A DNA stretch of 64,000 bases from an uncultured Acidobacteriota bacterium (GCA_963828465.1 CAWHEU010000002.1:64001-128000), one strand, 5' to 3'; positions 1-11,680 are shown, counted from the first letter of the stretch. Numbers and translations: made by a program. Notes: generated from the sequence alone by a model not told the origin.

Positions 1-66
1 ATCCACGTGATCTGGCGGCCACCTGTCGTCGTAGCTAGCTTCCTCGCAAGTCGACTCGGAGTTCAA

Positions 67-626
67 ATGGCCAGCCAATCCGCCGCCTACTCGCTGGGCT
101 GGCCGAGATGGGCCCTGATCGTCTTTGGGATCATCTCGATCGTGGCCGGCATCCTCGCCCTCGTCTGGCCGGGGGCGACCATCCTGGTGCTGGTCATTGC
201 CCTCGGCATCAACATCCTGATCTGGGGCATCCTCCTCGTCGTGAACGCATTCCAAGCCGGCGAAGGCCGGGTACTGGCGGTGATTCTGGGTGTCCTCGCC
301 TTGATCGCCGGCACCGCGCTCTTCCTCAGGCCGGTGCGCAACCTCGGCTCTGTTGATCATCATCTCCTTCTTTTGGGTCGTCGGCGGGGTCATCGAGTCG
401 ATCGGGTCCGTCGTCGATCGCGGCCCGGGCTGGGGCTGGGAAATGGTGTCGGGCTTGGCCTCGATCGCCGCCGGCATCATCGCCATCACATGGCCGGATA
501 TCACCTTGTTCGTCGTCGCCCTCGTCGCCGGGCTCTGGATGATCGTGATCGGATTCATGCGGCTCGTGGCTGCCTTCACCGGTGGGGGAGCCAGCCGAGC
601 CCCCTTACGTCCTGCAGGTGGCGTAG
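67..626 (+). CDS. HdeD/DUF308 family membrane protein (frameshifted near 350 and 600)
   Basis: Two hydrophobic DUF308-like repeats (WALIVFGIISIVAGILALVWPG; GWEMVSGLASIAAGIIAITWP) split over ORFs 7..630 and 353..781. TAG at 624-626 abuts the next ATG. Confidence 0.75.
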
Positions 627-1480
627 ATGAAGGCCGAGCAACTGACCGAGCCGGTGTGTTATCACGGGGAAGGGCCGGTGTGGTCGGAAGCCTGGGGCGG
701 CTTGCGCTGGGTGGACATGCTCGATGGCGATGTGATGTCGCTCGGGGCCGACGGATCGGTGGATCGCCGCCACGTCGATAACATCGCCGCTTTGGTCCGG
801 CCCCGGCGCGGTGGCGGCGCGGTGCTCGCCATCGAGCGTGGGTTCGCCCTCGAGGATCCCGACGGGGCGCTCACCCGGCTCGGTGATGTGTGGAGCAACG
901 GCGACGTCCGGATGAACGAAGGGGGATGCGATCCCGACGGCCGGTTCTATTGCGGCTCGATGGCCTACGACAAACGTCCGGGCGGCGGCTCGCTTGTATC
1001 GCCTCGATCCGGATGGCGAGGTCACCGTGGTGCTCGAAGGGCGTCACGATCTCCAATGGCCTCGATTGGAGCCCTGACGACTCGGTTGCCTACTACATCG
1101 ACACCCTGACACCTCGAGGTGTCGATGTTCGACTACGACTACAGAGCATGGGTTGACCGGGAGGAGGACGTTCGTCGAGATCACCCCGATGGGGGAGGGC
1201 CCGACGGTCTCGCCGTCGACGAGCAAGGCGGGATCTGGGTGGCCCTGTTCGGCGGGAGCGCTGTTCATCAGTACACAGCCGAAGGGGCGCTGGACGAGGT
1301 GATCGAGGTCGAGGCAAGGCAGGTGACCGCATGCACATTTGGCGGAGCCGGATCTGGATCGGCTCTACATCACCACCTCGCGAGAGAATCTCGAGCCCGA
1401 CGACGATCCGCTGGCCGGCTCGCTGTTCACCGCTAGTGCCTGGCGTTACAGGTCTCCCGGTGCGGGCGTTCGCCGGTTAG
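627..1480 (+). CDS. SMP-30/gluconolactonase/LRE family protein (several frameshifts)
   Basis: Motifs HGEGPVW, RMNEGGCDPDGRFYCGSM, ISNGLDWSPD, PDGLAVDEQGGIWVA, VTACTFGG and LYITTSR lie in consecutive ORF fragments. Confidence 0.85.
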
Positions 1481-3238
1481 GCCGCCTCCCCTTCCTCCGC
1501 CCACAGCGAGCGCATCAGCTCCGATCGCTTCAACAGGTCGGGTAGGGCTCCGCGATCCACGATCTTCCCGCCGTCCATGAGCAGGATCTGGTCCGCCCGC
1601 GAGAGTGCGGCACGACGATGGGAGACGACCAGACAGGTCACGTCACGCTGGGTGAGCAGCCGCTGCCACAACTCTGTCTCGGTGTGCACGTCGAGAGCCG
1701 AAGACAGGTCGTCGAACACGAGCAACTCGGCTTCCGTCGCCAACATTCGGGCGGCCGCCGAACGCTGTACCTGGCCCCCGGACAGCTTGACGCCCCTGGC
1801 CCCGACCATTGTCTGCTCGCCCGCCTCGAGGCGTTCCAGATCCGGGTCGAGCACTGCGAGTTGCACCGCTTCGCGGAGCCTTTCGCGGGCGACTCGCTGC
1901 CCCAGCGCGATGTTGTCGGCCAGGGACTCGGAGAAGAGGCGGGGGACCTGGGCGGTGTAGGCGGACCGGGGAGGGACGAAGAACGATGCCGGGTCCTCGA
2001 CGGGCTTCCCATTCCAGAGCAAATCGCCGTCTGCCGGGACGAGACCGAGCAGTGCGCGAACCAGGGTGCTCTTGCCTGAACCGATCTTGCCGGTGACGAC
2101 GGTGAAGGAGCCCCGCTCGACGTCGAAGTCGACGCCCTCGAGACCCTCGCCGCCGTCCGGGAACCAATGACTGAGGCCCCGGACCTCCAGCCGTTGCAGC
2201 GGATCGATACCGATGTCGGGGAGCTCGATGTCGGGGATATCGCCTTCCAGGGATACCCGTTCCCGATCGAGCAGCTCATCATCGGGCGCATCGACGGCAA
2301 GGGCGCGGATTCGCTCGTAGGCGACCCCGGTCCGGCGGTGCTGGGCGATGATGTCCCCCACGAACGCCATGTAGTCGGTCAGCCTGGGCAGATAGGTGAG
2401 GAAGAGGGCCAGATCGAAGATGCTGAACGACCCATCGCTGATCGAGTCGGCGGCGACGATCAGCACGATGGCGACCGTGATGGTCGACATGTTGCGGTTT
2501 GATCCCGCGCAGGATCTCGGTGAGCACCGTGTCGGAGAGGGCCGCCTTGTGCCGGGTCTCGTTCAGAATGTGGAGGCGGTCCAGCACTGGCCGCTCGGCC
2601 GCGCCCAGCTTGATGGCCTGGACACCGGAGAACGTCTCGCCGATGAAGCCGGTCACCTGATCGGTGGCCTGCGCGCATCGCCCTCCTCCGCTTCCGGATC
2701 TGGGGGCTCAGGGCCTGGGTGAGGATCATCGTGAGGACCAGTGGGATGAGGAGGATCGCCGTGAGCCCGGCATCTATCGAAGCCATCACCGCAACAGCTC
2801 CGACGCCGAAGACGACCAGGCCTCCCATGTCCACCCAGTTCTCCATGTACTCGAGGACGTCATCGACGTCGTCGCGGAAGGTGCTCACCGCCTGGCCCGG
2901 GGCCAGCGGGATGACCCGGGAGCCGGGAGCCTCCATCAGCCAGCGGAGCAGGTTGCGCCGAAGCTGGAGAGACTGCTCGATCCAGTGGTTGATCCATTGC
3001 CGGTCGCCGAGCCAGATGATGAGGTTTCGGCCGATGGCGAGCACCGCGAAGGCGATGGCGGGCGCCCATGCGGTCTCGTCCACCGGGCTCCCTTGGGCCA
3101 GTCGGTCGAACACGAGACCGATCAGGATCCCGAACAGCAGACGGAAGCCCGTGGACGAAGGTCCACATGACGAAGCAGAAGAACCACCTGACCCGGCCGA
3201 TAGCGGATCACCTCCCAGACGAGACGCAAGGTGCTCAT
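1477..3238 (-). CDS. ABC exporter, fused permease/ATPase subunit 2 (frameshifted)
   Basis: Walker A GKIGSGKST, LSGGQ signature, degenerate Walker B LLVFDD, N-terminal TM helices. ATG at 3238 overlaps the upstream stop (ATGA). Confidence 0.85.
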
Positions 3239-4983
3239 GGCCGGGTGTCTCCCAGGATGTCGCCCCGCCCGGCGGCGAGGAGTGCGGCGTATCGGGTGCT
3301 CGGGTCGGCGGCAAGCGTCTGTCGCGGTCCGTGCTCCACGATCCGGCCGGCATCCACGACCATGATCTCGTCCGCCGTGCGCACCGTCTCCAGACGATGG
3401 GCGATGATCACCACGGTTCGCCCGGCGTAGAGCCTCTCCGTGGCCGTGGCCAGAAGCATCTCGGTGACAGGGTCGAGACCGCGACGAAGGCTCGTCGAGG
3501 ATCACCACTCCGGGGTCCTGCAGGAACACACGGGCGAAGGCGAGGAGCTGCTGCTCCCCAGCCGAGAGGCCCTGGCCCCCGGCGCCGAGCTCGGTGTCCA
3601 GCCCGAGCTGTCCGATCCACGGTCCGAGACCGACCCTCTCGAGAACGTCGAGGATCTCCTCATCCGGCCGCTCGGCGAAGAACGTGAGGTTGTCCCTGAC
3701 CGTTGCCTCGAAGAGTTGTACGTCCTGTGTGACGACACCCACCGACCGACGAAGGGACTCGGAGTGGAGGGTCCGTAGATCGTGGCCGCCCACTCGCACC
3801 ACACCGCGATCCGGGTCATAGAGCCGGGCGATGAGACGGGTGATGGTGGTCTTGCCTCCGCCGGTCCGGCCCAATAGGCCGAGCGACTTGCCCGGGGCCA
3901 GGGTGAAGCTGATCTCCTCGAGGACACCCCGGTCCTCGTATGCAGAACGACACTTGGTCGAACTCGATCGCCAGTGGCCCGGCGGGCACGACCTCAGAAC
4001 CCTCGGCGATCGAGGAGCCGAGATGGCGGAGCTGATCGATCCGGACGATGCCACCTGCCGCTTTCTGCAGCTCCTGGAGCTCCTGAGTCATCTGCTCGAT
4101 GGGTCGCCGCACCAGCTGGACATACTGGAGCAGGAGGAACGCGGTGCCAACCGTGATCGACCCGCTCACAGTGAGCCATACCCCGACCAGCAGGGCCAAG
4201 GCATCGCCGGTCCAGAAGGCGGTGTTGGCCGAGACCCAGACCAGGATTCGCTTCCGCCACGCATTGGTGGTGCGGGTGTAGAAGTCCCGCATCACCGGGA
4301 TGAAACGGGTCATCGTGAATCTGCCGGCTCCGAGCGAGCGAATGTCGTCGACCCCGGCCAGGCGCTCCTCGATGAACCCGTAGAGACGGGCCGAGGTCTC
4401 CCGTTCCTCCTCGGCGGCGGCAACCGCCACCTTGCGCAGGCGGATGAGGAAGAGGACGACCGCGATCACGTAGAGCGTGATGGTCAGGCCCATCGCCGGC
4501 GACTCGAACCAGCAGACGATGACGACCCCTGTGAGCAGGACTCCGGCGGCGATCAACCTGCACCAGGAAACGGGAGATGAACTCGGAGATCGCGGTGACA
4601 TCGCCGTCGACGCGTTCGATCATCTCCCCTGGGGTGGTGTCGTTGTGGAACCCCATGTCGAGGGAGAACAGATGTGAGGTCAACTCCTCGCGTAGACGGT
4701 TGGTGGCGCTCCAGCCGATGTCTGTGCCCAGGTAGGAGGCGCCCGGCGTCGAGCAACTGGTTGAGGATCCCGGCGATCAGGTAGGCGATGCCGGCGGTGG
4801 TGAGACTTGCGACGGCCGACCCCGCCATGAGCAGAGTCGATGAAGTCGGCGCAGGATGAGGGGGATGACCAGCTGGAGGCCGATCGAGCCCGATAGGAGC
4901 AGCATGAGCACGACGACTCGACCCCGGTGCGGGCGGAGGTAGGTCGACAGCGTGGCGCGATAGGACGGTGACGAGGCAGTCAT
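3235..4983 (-). CDS. ABC exporter, fused permease/ATPase subunit 1 (frameshifted)
   Basis: Walker A GRTGGGKTT, LSAGEQQL, VVILDE and IIAHRL in fragments; TM domain with TPGEMIERVDGD. Forms a heterodimeric exporter pair with the downstream gene. Confidence 0.85.
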
Positions 4984-5046
4984 GGGCAGGGTCAGACGGT
5001 ATCTGTCCCAACCCGTTTATCCGGGTGGATTTTCGATGTCCGACCT

Positions 5047-5511
5047 TCAAGGTCGTTGCTTGACCCCGGCCTTCAACAACTCAACGGTCTCGGCGATGCG
5101 GGCCGCCCTCATCTCGGGGCTGCGCTTGGTGGAGTCGATCCATCGCAGGTAGGCCTTGCGATAGAACTGGGCCAGGGAATCGAAGAACGCGCCCGCCTCA
5201 GGCTCTGCCTCGAGGGCGGCGGCGAAGTCGGGGGCCAGATCGTCCCGCTGCGGCCCTTCGGGGGCAAGGGCTACGACCACTTCGTCTCCGGCCGCTATCC
5301 CGCAATCACGGCGCCAGGCCGGTCCAAGGAGGATGCCGTACCCGTCGCCCAGCGGTTCGATCGAGGCCCGCACGCCCATCCCGTTGACCGTGCCCGCGAC
5401 ACGGTGCTCCGGCTTGGCGCCCCATACGTGATCGGGGTCGAATGGGACGGGGACCATCACCCGACCTCTGGAATCGGCCGTCACCACCGTGGTGTACCGC
5501 TGCGTCTTCAT
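5047..5511 (-). CDS. DUF1905 + YdeI/OmpD-associated (OmdA) domain protein
   Basis: RVAGTVNG N-domain followed by PDFAAALEAEPEAGAFFDSL...YLRWIDSTK...RAARI. Confidence 0.8.
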   Translation of the reverse strand: MKTQRYTTVVTADSRGRVMVPVPFDPDHVWGAKPEHRVAGTVNGMGVRASIEPLGDGYGILLGPAWRRDCGIAAGDEVVVALAPEGPQRDDLAPDFAAALEAEPEAGAFFDSLAQFYRKAYLRWIDSTKRSPEMRAARIAETVELLKAGVKQRP

Positions 5512-5527
5512 GTTGCCGTCCGATTCT

Positions 5528-6167
5528 TCAACCTGACACCGTCGGGTGCAAGATCGGGCTGTATCCGTTGGCCAGGGCGGCGACGGAGGTCGGTGGAGTC
5601 AGCACGTCGACTTGACCGCCCCTTGGTCGCGGGACTGGCTCGCTCCATCCGCCGAAAGTGAAACGCGGCAAGCGGTCCTCCAATACCAGTCTCGGGACTT
5701 GGTGTTCATCGACGATCACCGTGCCAACAGGCAGCCGATCGATCGTCTCGGTCCACAGCATCCGATCTGGAGCGCGATCGAGGCCGCGGCCCGCGGTGAA
5801 GCCGTTCCCGACCCAACCGCCGGTTCATGTCGCCGGCAGACAACGAAGTACTCGATCCATCGGCCCTGGTCACGGCATCCCGGTATTCCAAATAGGCCTG
5901 GCGTCGGCAGAGGCCGCAAGGACGGTGTCCCGCGGCCAACGCGTCCGCATCGTCGAGGAAGAACAGCGGTGTCCAGGTGCTGGCCCGCTCGAGTGGGTGC
6001 CTCCATCCCTGGTACTCGAGGAGACAGATGATCCAGAGCGGGCCACGATGATGGCGGGCGAGACGGCCCCGATCATCGACCAGACAGCCCCGATTGCCGG
6101 TGAACAGTCCTCGCTCGGGGACGGCATGGAGGTCGCCCCAGGGGTCGACACGGTTACGCCGCGGCAT
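5528..6167 (-). CDS. conserved hypothetical protein with Ada-like Zn motif (frameshift near 5770)
   Basis: NRVDPWG...GNRGCL...LFFLDDADALAAGHRPCGLCRR, continuing in ORF 5528..5761 (VLTPPTSVAALANGYSPILHPT). Confidence 0.7.
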
Positions 6168-6175
6168 CGGGAGAG

Positions 6176-6220
6176 TCCCCCTCCCCGGCTGCGCCGGTAC
6201 TCCCCCTGCAGGGGGAGAAA
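6176..6220. repeat. REP-like palindromic element, single unit
   Basis: tccccctccccggc-tgc-gccggtactccccc-tgca-gggggagaaa forms two hairpins and is nearly identical to 12731-12777. Confidence 0.8.
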
Positions 6221-7250
6221 TTCGATGACGGTCTTCACATCGTCTGGCTGAGGGGTATAAGCCTCCTTCCAGTCCTCTAGCGAGACCCGCCGATTGACCA
6301 CGCGTTCCAACCAGGACTGGTCAGATCGGGCCAGCATTCGAGCTGCCTCTTCGTAGTGTCTGCGGTTGGCGTTGACGGTCCCGAAGACGATTCGGTTCTC
6401 GAGCACCATGGCCCGGGCGATATCGCTGGCCACGGTGACCTGATGCCCCTCGTCGGTGACCCCGGCGAGACAGACGATCCCGTTGGGTTTGGTCACACCG
6501 GCCACGGCCACCATCAGGTTGGCATCCCCGGTGCACTCCACCACCACGTCGTAGTCCTCTCCCATCGAGTCGCCGTCCTCGTGGTACACCGCCCCCAGGT
6601 CACGGACCAGATCCGGTTTGGGCCCATCGCTGGCCCGGTCGAGAACATGAACCTCTCCGCCCAGCCGGGTAGCGAAGAGAGTGGCCAGGAGGCCGATCGG
6701 GCCTGCCCCCGTCACCAACATTCTCTCGGGTGCCCACTGTCCGACGACTCCCGAGATGGATGATGTGCTCCCAGGCCTTGGCCACCACGCTGGCTGGCTC
6801 CACCAGGACGCCAAGGTGCCCGAGGTCCGAGCTCACCTTCACCGCGAAGTCGACAGGAAGCGACAGTTTCTCTGCGGTGTAGCCGTCCAGACCCCTGATC
6901 CCGGCCTCGGTGAAACGGCCGTTGCGGCACATGTCCCATTCCCCGGCAGCGCAGTTGGTGCACGGGACCGGGTCGGGGCGGCGCACGATCGGCGCCACCA
7001 GATCTCGCGGTGCGAAGTCGCTTCCCGGCGGGGCGGTTAACACTCGGCCCAGGGCTTCATGACCCAACACCAACCGGTCACGACCAGGTGCTGGGTAGCC
7101 GAGATCCCCTTCCAGGATCTCGTGGTCGGTACCGCAGATCCCGGCCACGACCATCTCGACCAGGAGCTCAAGAGGACCAGGCTCGGGGTCGGCCACCTCA
7201 TCGAGTCGGAGAGACTCGGGATCCCCCGGGACCACGGTGATGGCCTTCAC
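6218..7250 (-). CDS. zinc-dependent glucose 1-dehydrogenase family (MDR); frameshift near 6755, true stop uncertain
   Basis: GICGTD, LGHE, VRRPDPVPCTNC...DMC, EAGIRGLDG, GAGPIG, FGTVNANRRHY and terminal KTVIEF. Coupled to the GH15 gene by a GTGA overlap. Confidence 0.8.
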
Positions 7251-9064
7251 GAATCGGAAGCCCGGTCCCGAGCAGGGCCGCCCTTGCCCTCAGCCCGCAG
7301 GTTGTAGGCGGAGTCGATCAACCCGAGATGGCTGTACGCCTGCGGGAAATTGCCCAGCATCCTCTGCGAGATCGGGTCGTACTGCTCGGAGAGCAGGCCG
7401 ACGTCGTTCCGGAGCCCGAGCAGATGCTCAAACCTTCGACGAGCCTCGTCGTGATTCCCGGCCATCGCGAGCGCATCGACCATCCAGAACGAGCAGAGGA
7501 GGAAGGCCCCTTCGCCCCCCGGCAGCCCGTCGTCGGCCTCATCCGTGTCATAACGGCGAATCAGTGTGTCGTCGATCGAGAGCTCGCGCTGGATGGCCTC
7601 GATCGTGCCCAGGACACGCTCTTCGGTTGGAGGGAGAAACCCGACCTGGGGTATGAGCAGTAGAGATGCGTCCAGGGCTGTCGATCCGTAGGACTGCGTG
7701 AACGTGTTGCGGTCAGGGTCAAAGCCGCGCTGCTCGATCTCCGCTCTTATGTCCTCGCGGCGCTCACGCCAGCGACCCACCGGCCCATCGAAGGTCCATT
7801 GCTCGACACACTTGACGGCCCGGTCGAAGGCGACCCAGGCCATGAGCCGGGAATGGGTGAAGTGCCTCGGGTCGCCCCGCACCTCCCAGAGCCCGTGATC
7901 GGGCTCGGACCATTTGCCCTCCAAGTGCTCGAGGAGCAACTGCTGCAGGTCCCAGATCGTCTCCTCGTGGTCCATCCCCATCCGCCGGGCCATGTAGATC
8001 GCATCCATCAGCTCCCCGTAGACATCGACCTGGATCTGCTGGTGGGCGGCGTTGCCGGTACGAACCGGTCGGGAGCCTTGATACCCGGCGAGCCAATCCA
8101 GCTCCAGCTCCGGCATGCGGCGCTCGCCGGCCACCCCGTACATGATCTGGAGGTCCTTCGGGTCGCCGGCTACCGCCCGGAGCAGCCAGTCCCTCCAGGC
8201 GAGAGCCTCACGTTGGTGCCCAGCCATCATCAGTGTCTGCAAGGTGAAAGTGGCGTCACGTACCCAGACGAACCGGTAGTCCCAGTTGCGCACCCCGCCT
8301 ATGTGCTCGGGGAGGGAGGTGGTTGGGGCGGCGACAATGCCGCCGGTAGGGGCATACGTGAGGGCCTTGAGGGTGATGAGTGACCGATCGACTGCTTCCT
8401 CCCACTCTCCGTCGTAGGTGTTCGCGTCGGTCCACTCTCGCCACCACTTCTCGGTGTCCTCCAGCGCACTCTCGGCGTCGACATCCGGCGGGGCGGGTCG
8501 GTGAGACGGGTGCCAGGTGAGCACGAACGGGACTCGATCGCCCTCCGAAACCGCGAACTCCGCCACCGTGCTCAGGTTCTCGCCATGGATTTCGACAGGC
8601 GTCGCCAGGGTGAGTGCGTCCGGGCCGCCGACGGCTGCCAAACTTTCACCCGACTGGGTGACCCAGGGCACGAGATGGCCGTAGTCGAAGCGGATGGTCA
8701 GGTCCATCCGCATCATGACACGACCCGAAACACCCTCCACGATGCGGACCACGTCTGCGTTGTTGCCACCTTCGCGGCCCCGGACCGGCATAAGGTCGAT
8801 GAGCCGGACCCTCCCCCCGTCGGCCTCCATCTCGGTTTCCAGGATCAGCGTCCCGGGGCGGTAGTTCCGCGTTACCCGCTTCGCGCCACCCGCCGGGGAG
8901 ATGCGCCATCGACCGTTTTCCTCACTCCCGAGCAACGCGCCGAGGCAGGCACCCGAGTCGAAGCGGGGGAGACAGAGCCAGTCGATCGATCCGTCGTTGG
9001 CAACTAGCGCAGCAGTCTCTGTGTCGCCTATGACCGCATAGCCCTCGATTGGCGTGCTCACCAC
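7247..9064 (-). CDS. glycoside hydrolase family 15 (trehalase/glucoamylase-like)
   Basis: GSIDWLCLPRFDS, AAPTTSLPE..GGVRNWDYRFVWVRD, GLWEVRG, GLLSEQ...GNFPQAYSH. Confidence 0.93.
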   Translation of the reverse strand: MVSTPIEGYAVIGDTETAALVANDGSIDWLCLPRFDSGACLGALLGSEENGRWRISPAGGAKRVTRNYRPGTLILETEMEADGGRVRLIDLMPVRGREGGNNADVVRIVEGVSGRVMMRMDLTIRFDYGHLVPWVTQSGESLAAVGGPDALTLATPVEIHGENLSTVAEFAVSEGDRVPFVLTWHPSHRPAPPDVDAESALEDTEKWWREWTDANTYDGEWEEAVDRSLITLKALTYAPTGGIVAAPTTSLPEHIGGVRNWDYRFVWVRDATFTLQTLMMAGHQREALAWRDWLLRAVAGDPKDLQIMYGVAGERRMPELELDWLAGYQGSRPVRTGNAAHQQIQVDVYGELMDAIYMARRMGMDHEETIWDLQQLLLEHLEGKWSEPDHGLWEVRGDPRHFTHSRLMAWVAFDRAVKCVEQWTFDGPVGRWRERREDIRAEIEQRGFDPDRNTFTQSYGSTALDASLLLIPQVGFLPPTEERVLGTIEAIQRELSIDDTLIRRYDTDEADDGLPGGEGAFLLCSFWMVDALAMAGNHDEARRRFEHLLGLRNDVGLLSEQYDPISQRMLGNFPQAYSHLGLIDSAYNLRAEGKGGPARDRASDS

Positions 9065-9073
9065 ATGTTCCCG

Positions 9074-9469
9074 CTAGAGCGCGCCCCAATCGGCGGGCGG
9101 GTCGAGGAGGCCCTGGGCGAACTCGTAATACTCATCGAGGCTCCGGCAACGCCCGTCGTCATCAAAGGTGAGAAGGAGAGATCCGACCAGGGTGACCTCC
9201 TCTCCCGAATTCTCCATGGTGGTCCAGAACTCGACCGCGGCTCGGGGGCCGTCGACGACCGGCCGTCCCATGGTCACGTGGACCTCGGCCTGGGTGGCGG
9301 TCACCTCGCTCCAGTAGGCCCTGACTCCGTCCCGCCCGACGTGGGGCTCGTCGAAGATGAATGAGCGATAGGTAGCGTCCTCGGCGAAGAGATCGGCGGC
9401 TGCCTCCGCGTCCATCTCCACCCAGGCTCGTGCGTAGCTCTCCGCCCACGTCGCGACGTCGATCGTCAT
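9074..9469 (-). CDS. SnoaL-like/NTF2 family protein
   Basis: 131 aa; YARAW..DAEAAADLFAEDATY...GRDGVRAYW...FDDDGRC pattern. Confidence 0.8.
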   Translation of the reverse strand: MTIDVATWAESYARAWVEMDAEAAADLFAEDATYRSFIFDEPHVGRDGVRAYWSEVTATQAEVHVTMGRPVVDGPRAAVEFWTTMENSGEEVTLVGSLLLTFDDDGRCRSLDEYYEFAQGLLDPPADWGAL

Positions 9470-9503
9470 GGCTGGTCTCCTCGTAGAACGTAAAACGTGA
9501 ACG

Positions 9504-9983
9504 CTATCTCTCCGACATCTCGGTCAGATCGGCTTCCAGCAGATCCCGGTCCCCGGGGTCCTCGATCTCGAGCAACTTCTCCTTGGCCGCCTCCAAGTGC
9601 TCGGTGAACATGTCGATGTCGTCGACATCGGCGGCGGCACGGGCGATTGCCTCATGTGCGAACCCTGTGACAAAAGGGTCGAGGCCGTTGTCGAGGCAAA
9701 GGGCCAATGAGCGCTCGCCGAAGCGGAGTGCGAGATCGGCGTAGCCAAGGACGGCGGCGACGCGCGAGATCTGCCAATCGGAAATCGCCTGGTGGCGAGG
9801 CGTCCCGACCTCGTACCAGTGATAGCGCTGGGCGAACGTCGCGGCCAGCATCTCTTCTTCCTGTTCACGTGTGGGATCGGCGGTGTCGAGGAGTGCCCAC
9901 GCCTCATTGAAAGCGATCGGGGCAAAGGTGCGGTGCCACTCCTGGAGGTCGGCCGCATCGGGCTTTTCGACAGGATCCGTCAT
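9504..9983 (-). CDS. hypothetical helical protein
   Basis: Good codon bias; ATG overlaps the upstream stop (ATGA); FNEAWALLD...RYHW...WQISRV. Confidence 0.7.
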   Translation of the reverse strand: MTDPVEKPDAADLQEWHRTFAPIAFNEAWALLDTADPTREQEEEMLAATFAQRYHWYEVGTPRHQAISDWQISRVAAVLGYADLALRFGERSLALCLDNGLDPFVTGFAHEAIARAAADVDDIDMFTEHLEAAKEKLLEIEDPGDRDLLEADLTEMSER

Positions 9984-11639
9984 CGTTCGATCTCCGCTGG
10001 GTTGGGGAACCATCGCAGACGCTCACCGACGGAGCCCAGATCGGGCGATGCCCCACCGGACTCGGGCTCTTCGGCGAGGATCCGCTTCGCCTCGGCCAGG
10101 TATTCGCCCAGTTCACCTATCGGCGCAGTCATCGGGGGCTCGAGAGCCTCCGCCGGAGAAGTCGAGGTCGCTGAGAGAGGTCGGGGGCCTGGGGAGTCCG
10201 TCGCGATGACGCCACAGGGCAGTGTCGGGCTCGTAGGTGTAGAGAGGGAGGAGTCGCCATCCCTGGTCGGCCACGAGATGAACCGCCTCGATGAGATAGG
10301 CGAACTCCTCCTCGGCGATGAAGTAGTTGAAGTTGACCCGGACCCACCCCGGCTTGATCACCTCGCATCCGGTGGCGACTGCCTCCTCGATTCGAGAGCT
10401 GGTCTGTAGATCGATGCCGAGCAAACGGTGACCGTAAGGCCCGGCGCAGGAGCACCCACCACGGGCCTGGATGCCAAAGAGGTCGTTGAGTAGCGCGACC
10501 ACGAAGTTGTGGTGCAGGGTCCGGTCGCCGTGGCGGATCACGAAGCTCACGATCGACAGACGCTCGGCATCCGGGTTCCCCAGGATCTCGATGTTCGGGT
10601 TGCGGGACCAGGACTCGATGGCGCGCCTGATGAAGTCGTGTTCCAGCGCCCGAATCGTGGTTACCCCGACGGTCTCCTTCAGGCGGAAGGCGAGACCAGC
10701 CCTGATCGACTCGATGATCGCCGGGGTGCCTCCCTCCTCGCGGTGCTCCGGGTCGCTGATGTAGCTGTGGTGGTCGGGTGACACGTACAGAACGGTGCCC
10801 CCGCCCGGCACTACGGGCACCTCATTGCGAAGCAGATCCCGGCGGACCACCAGCACCCCCGGCGTCCCCGGGCCGCCGATCAACTTGTGTGGGGACAGGA
10901 AAATGGCGTCCTTATAGGCGCCATCGGCCGCGGCCGACGAGCCCATCTCGATGTCCACGTATGGCGCCGATGCCGCGAAATCCCAGAAGGAGAGAGCGCC
11001 GTGGGCATGGAGCAGGCGGGATATCGCCGAGGTGTCCGAGATGATCCCGGTCACATTGGATGCGGCGGAGAAGGAGCCGATGAGCAGGGGGCGACGCGCG
11101 TGCTCGACCAACCTCGATTCCAGCTCGACGAGGTCGATGTGGCCGTCGGCATCCTCCTTGATCTCGATCACATCGGCGATCGACTCTCGCCAAGGAAGTT
11201 CATTCGAGTGATGCTCATAGGGCCCGACGAACACCACGGGGCGCTCGTCATCGGGAACCCGTTCCTCGAGCCCGTAGGTCTCACTGAGTGCTCTCGGTAT
11301 CCGGATGCCAAGGAGCCCCACCAATCGGTCAACAGCGCCGGTGGAGCCGCTCCCGGCGAATATCACTGCGTGCTCGTCGTGGCTGGCCCCGACCGCCCGG
11401 CGGATTACGTCTCTCGCCTCCTCTCTGAACCTGGTGGTCTGCAGGCCGGTGCCCGAGGTTTCGGTGTGAGTGTTCGCGTAGAGAGGGAGGACCTGGGCGC
11501 GGATGAAATCCTCGATCATCGCCAGCGATCGGCCCGAGGCGGTGTAGTCGGCGTAGGTGACCCGGCGCAGCCCGAACGGGGTCATCACCGCGGTGTCTTT
11601 CCCGATCACCGCCTCTCTCACCTGCTCGACCAGATCCAT
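9980..11639 (-). CDS. class V PLP aminotransferase / SufS-like cysteine desulfurase (frameshift near 10130)
   Basis: YADYTASG, YANTH, EHHSN, SNVTG, SPHK (PLP lysine), EEGGTP, RGGCSCAG. The C-terminus continues in another frame (...ERLRWFPNPAEIER*) to TGA at 9982-9980. Confidence 0.85.
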
Positions 11640-11680
11640 CCTTCGCCCTTCTCGGGATGATCCACAAGACTAGGAAGCCG

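Noticed and set aside
67-10200. Many frameshifted genes as pseudogenes or programmed frameshifts (also near 19750, 28620, 41262, 43910, 59055, 59820, 60900 and 61918)
   Set aside because: The breaks are 1-nt indels in unrelated genes with intact motifs and no in-frame stops noticed, denser toward the window ends. This pattern fits long-read consensus error; reads are needed to confirm.
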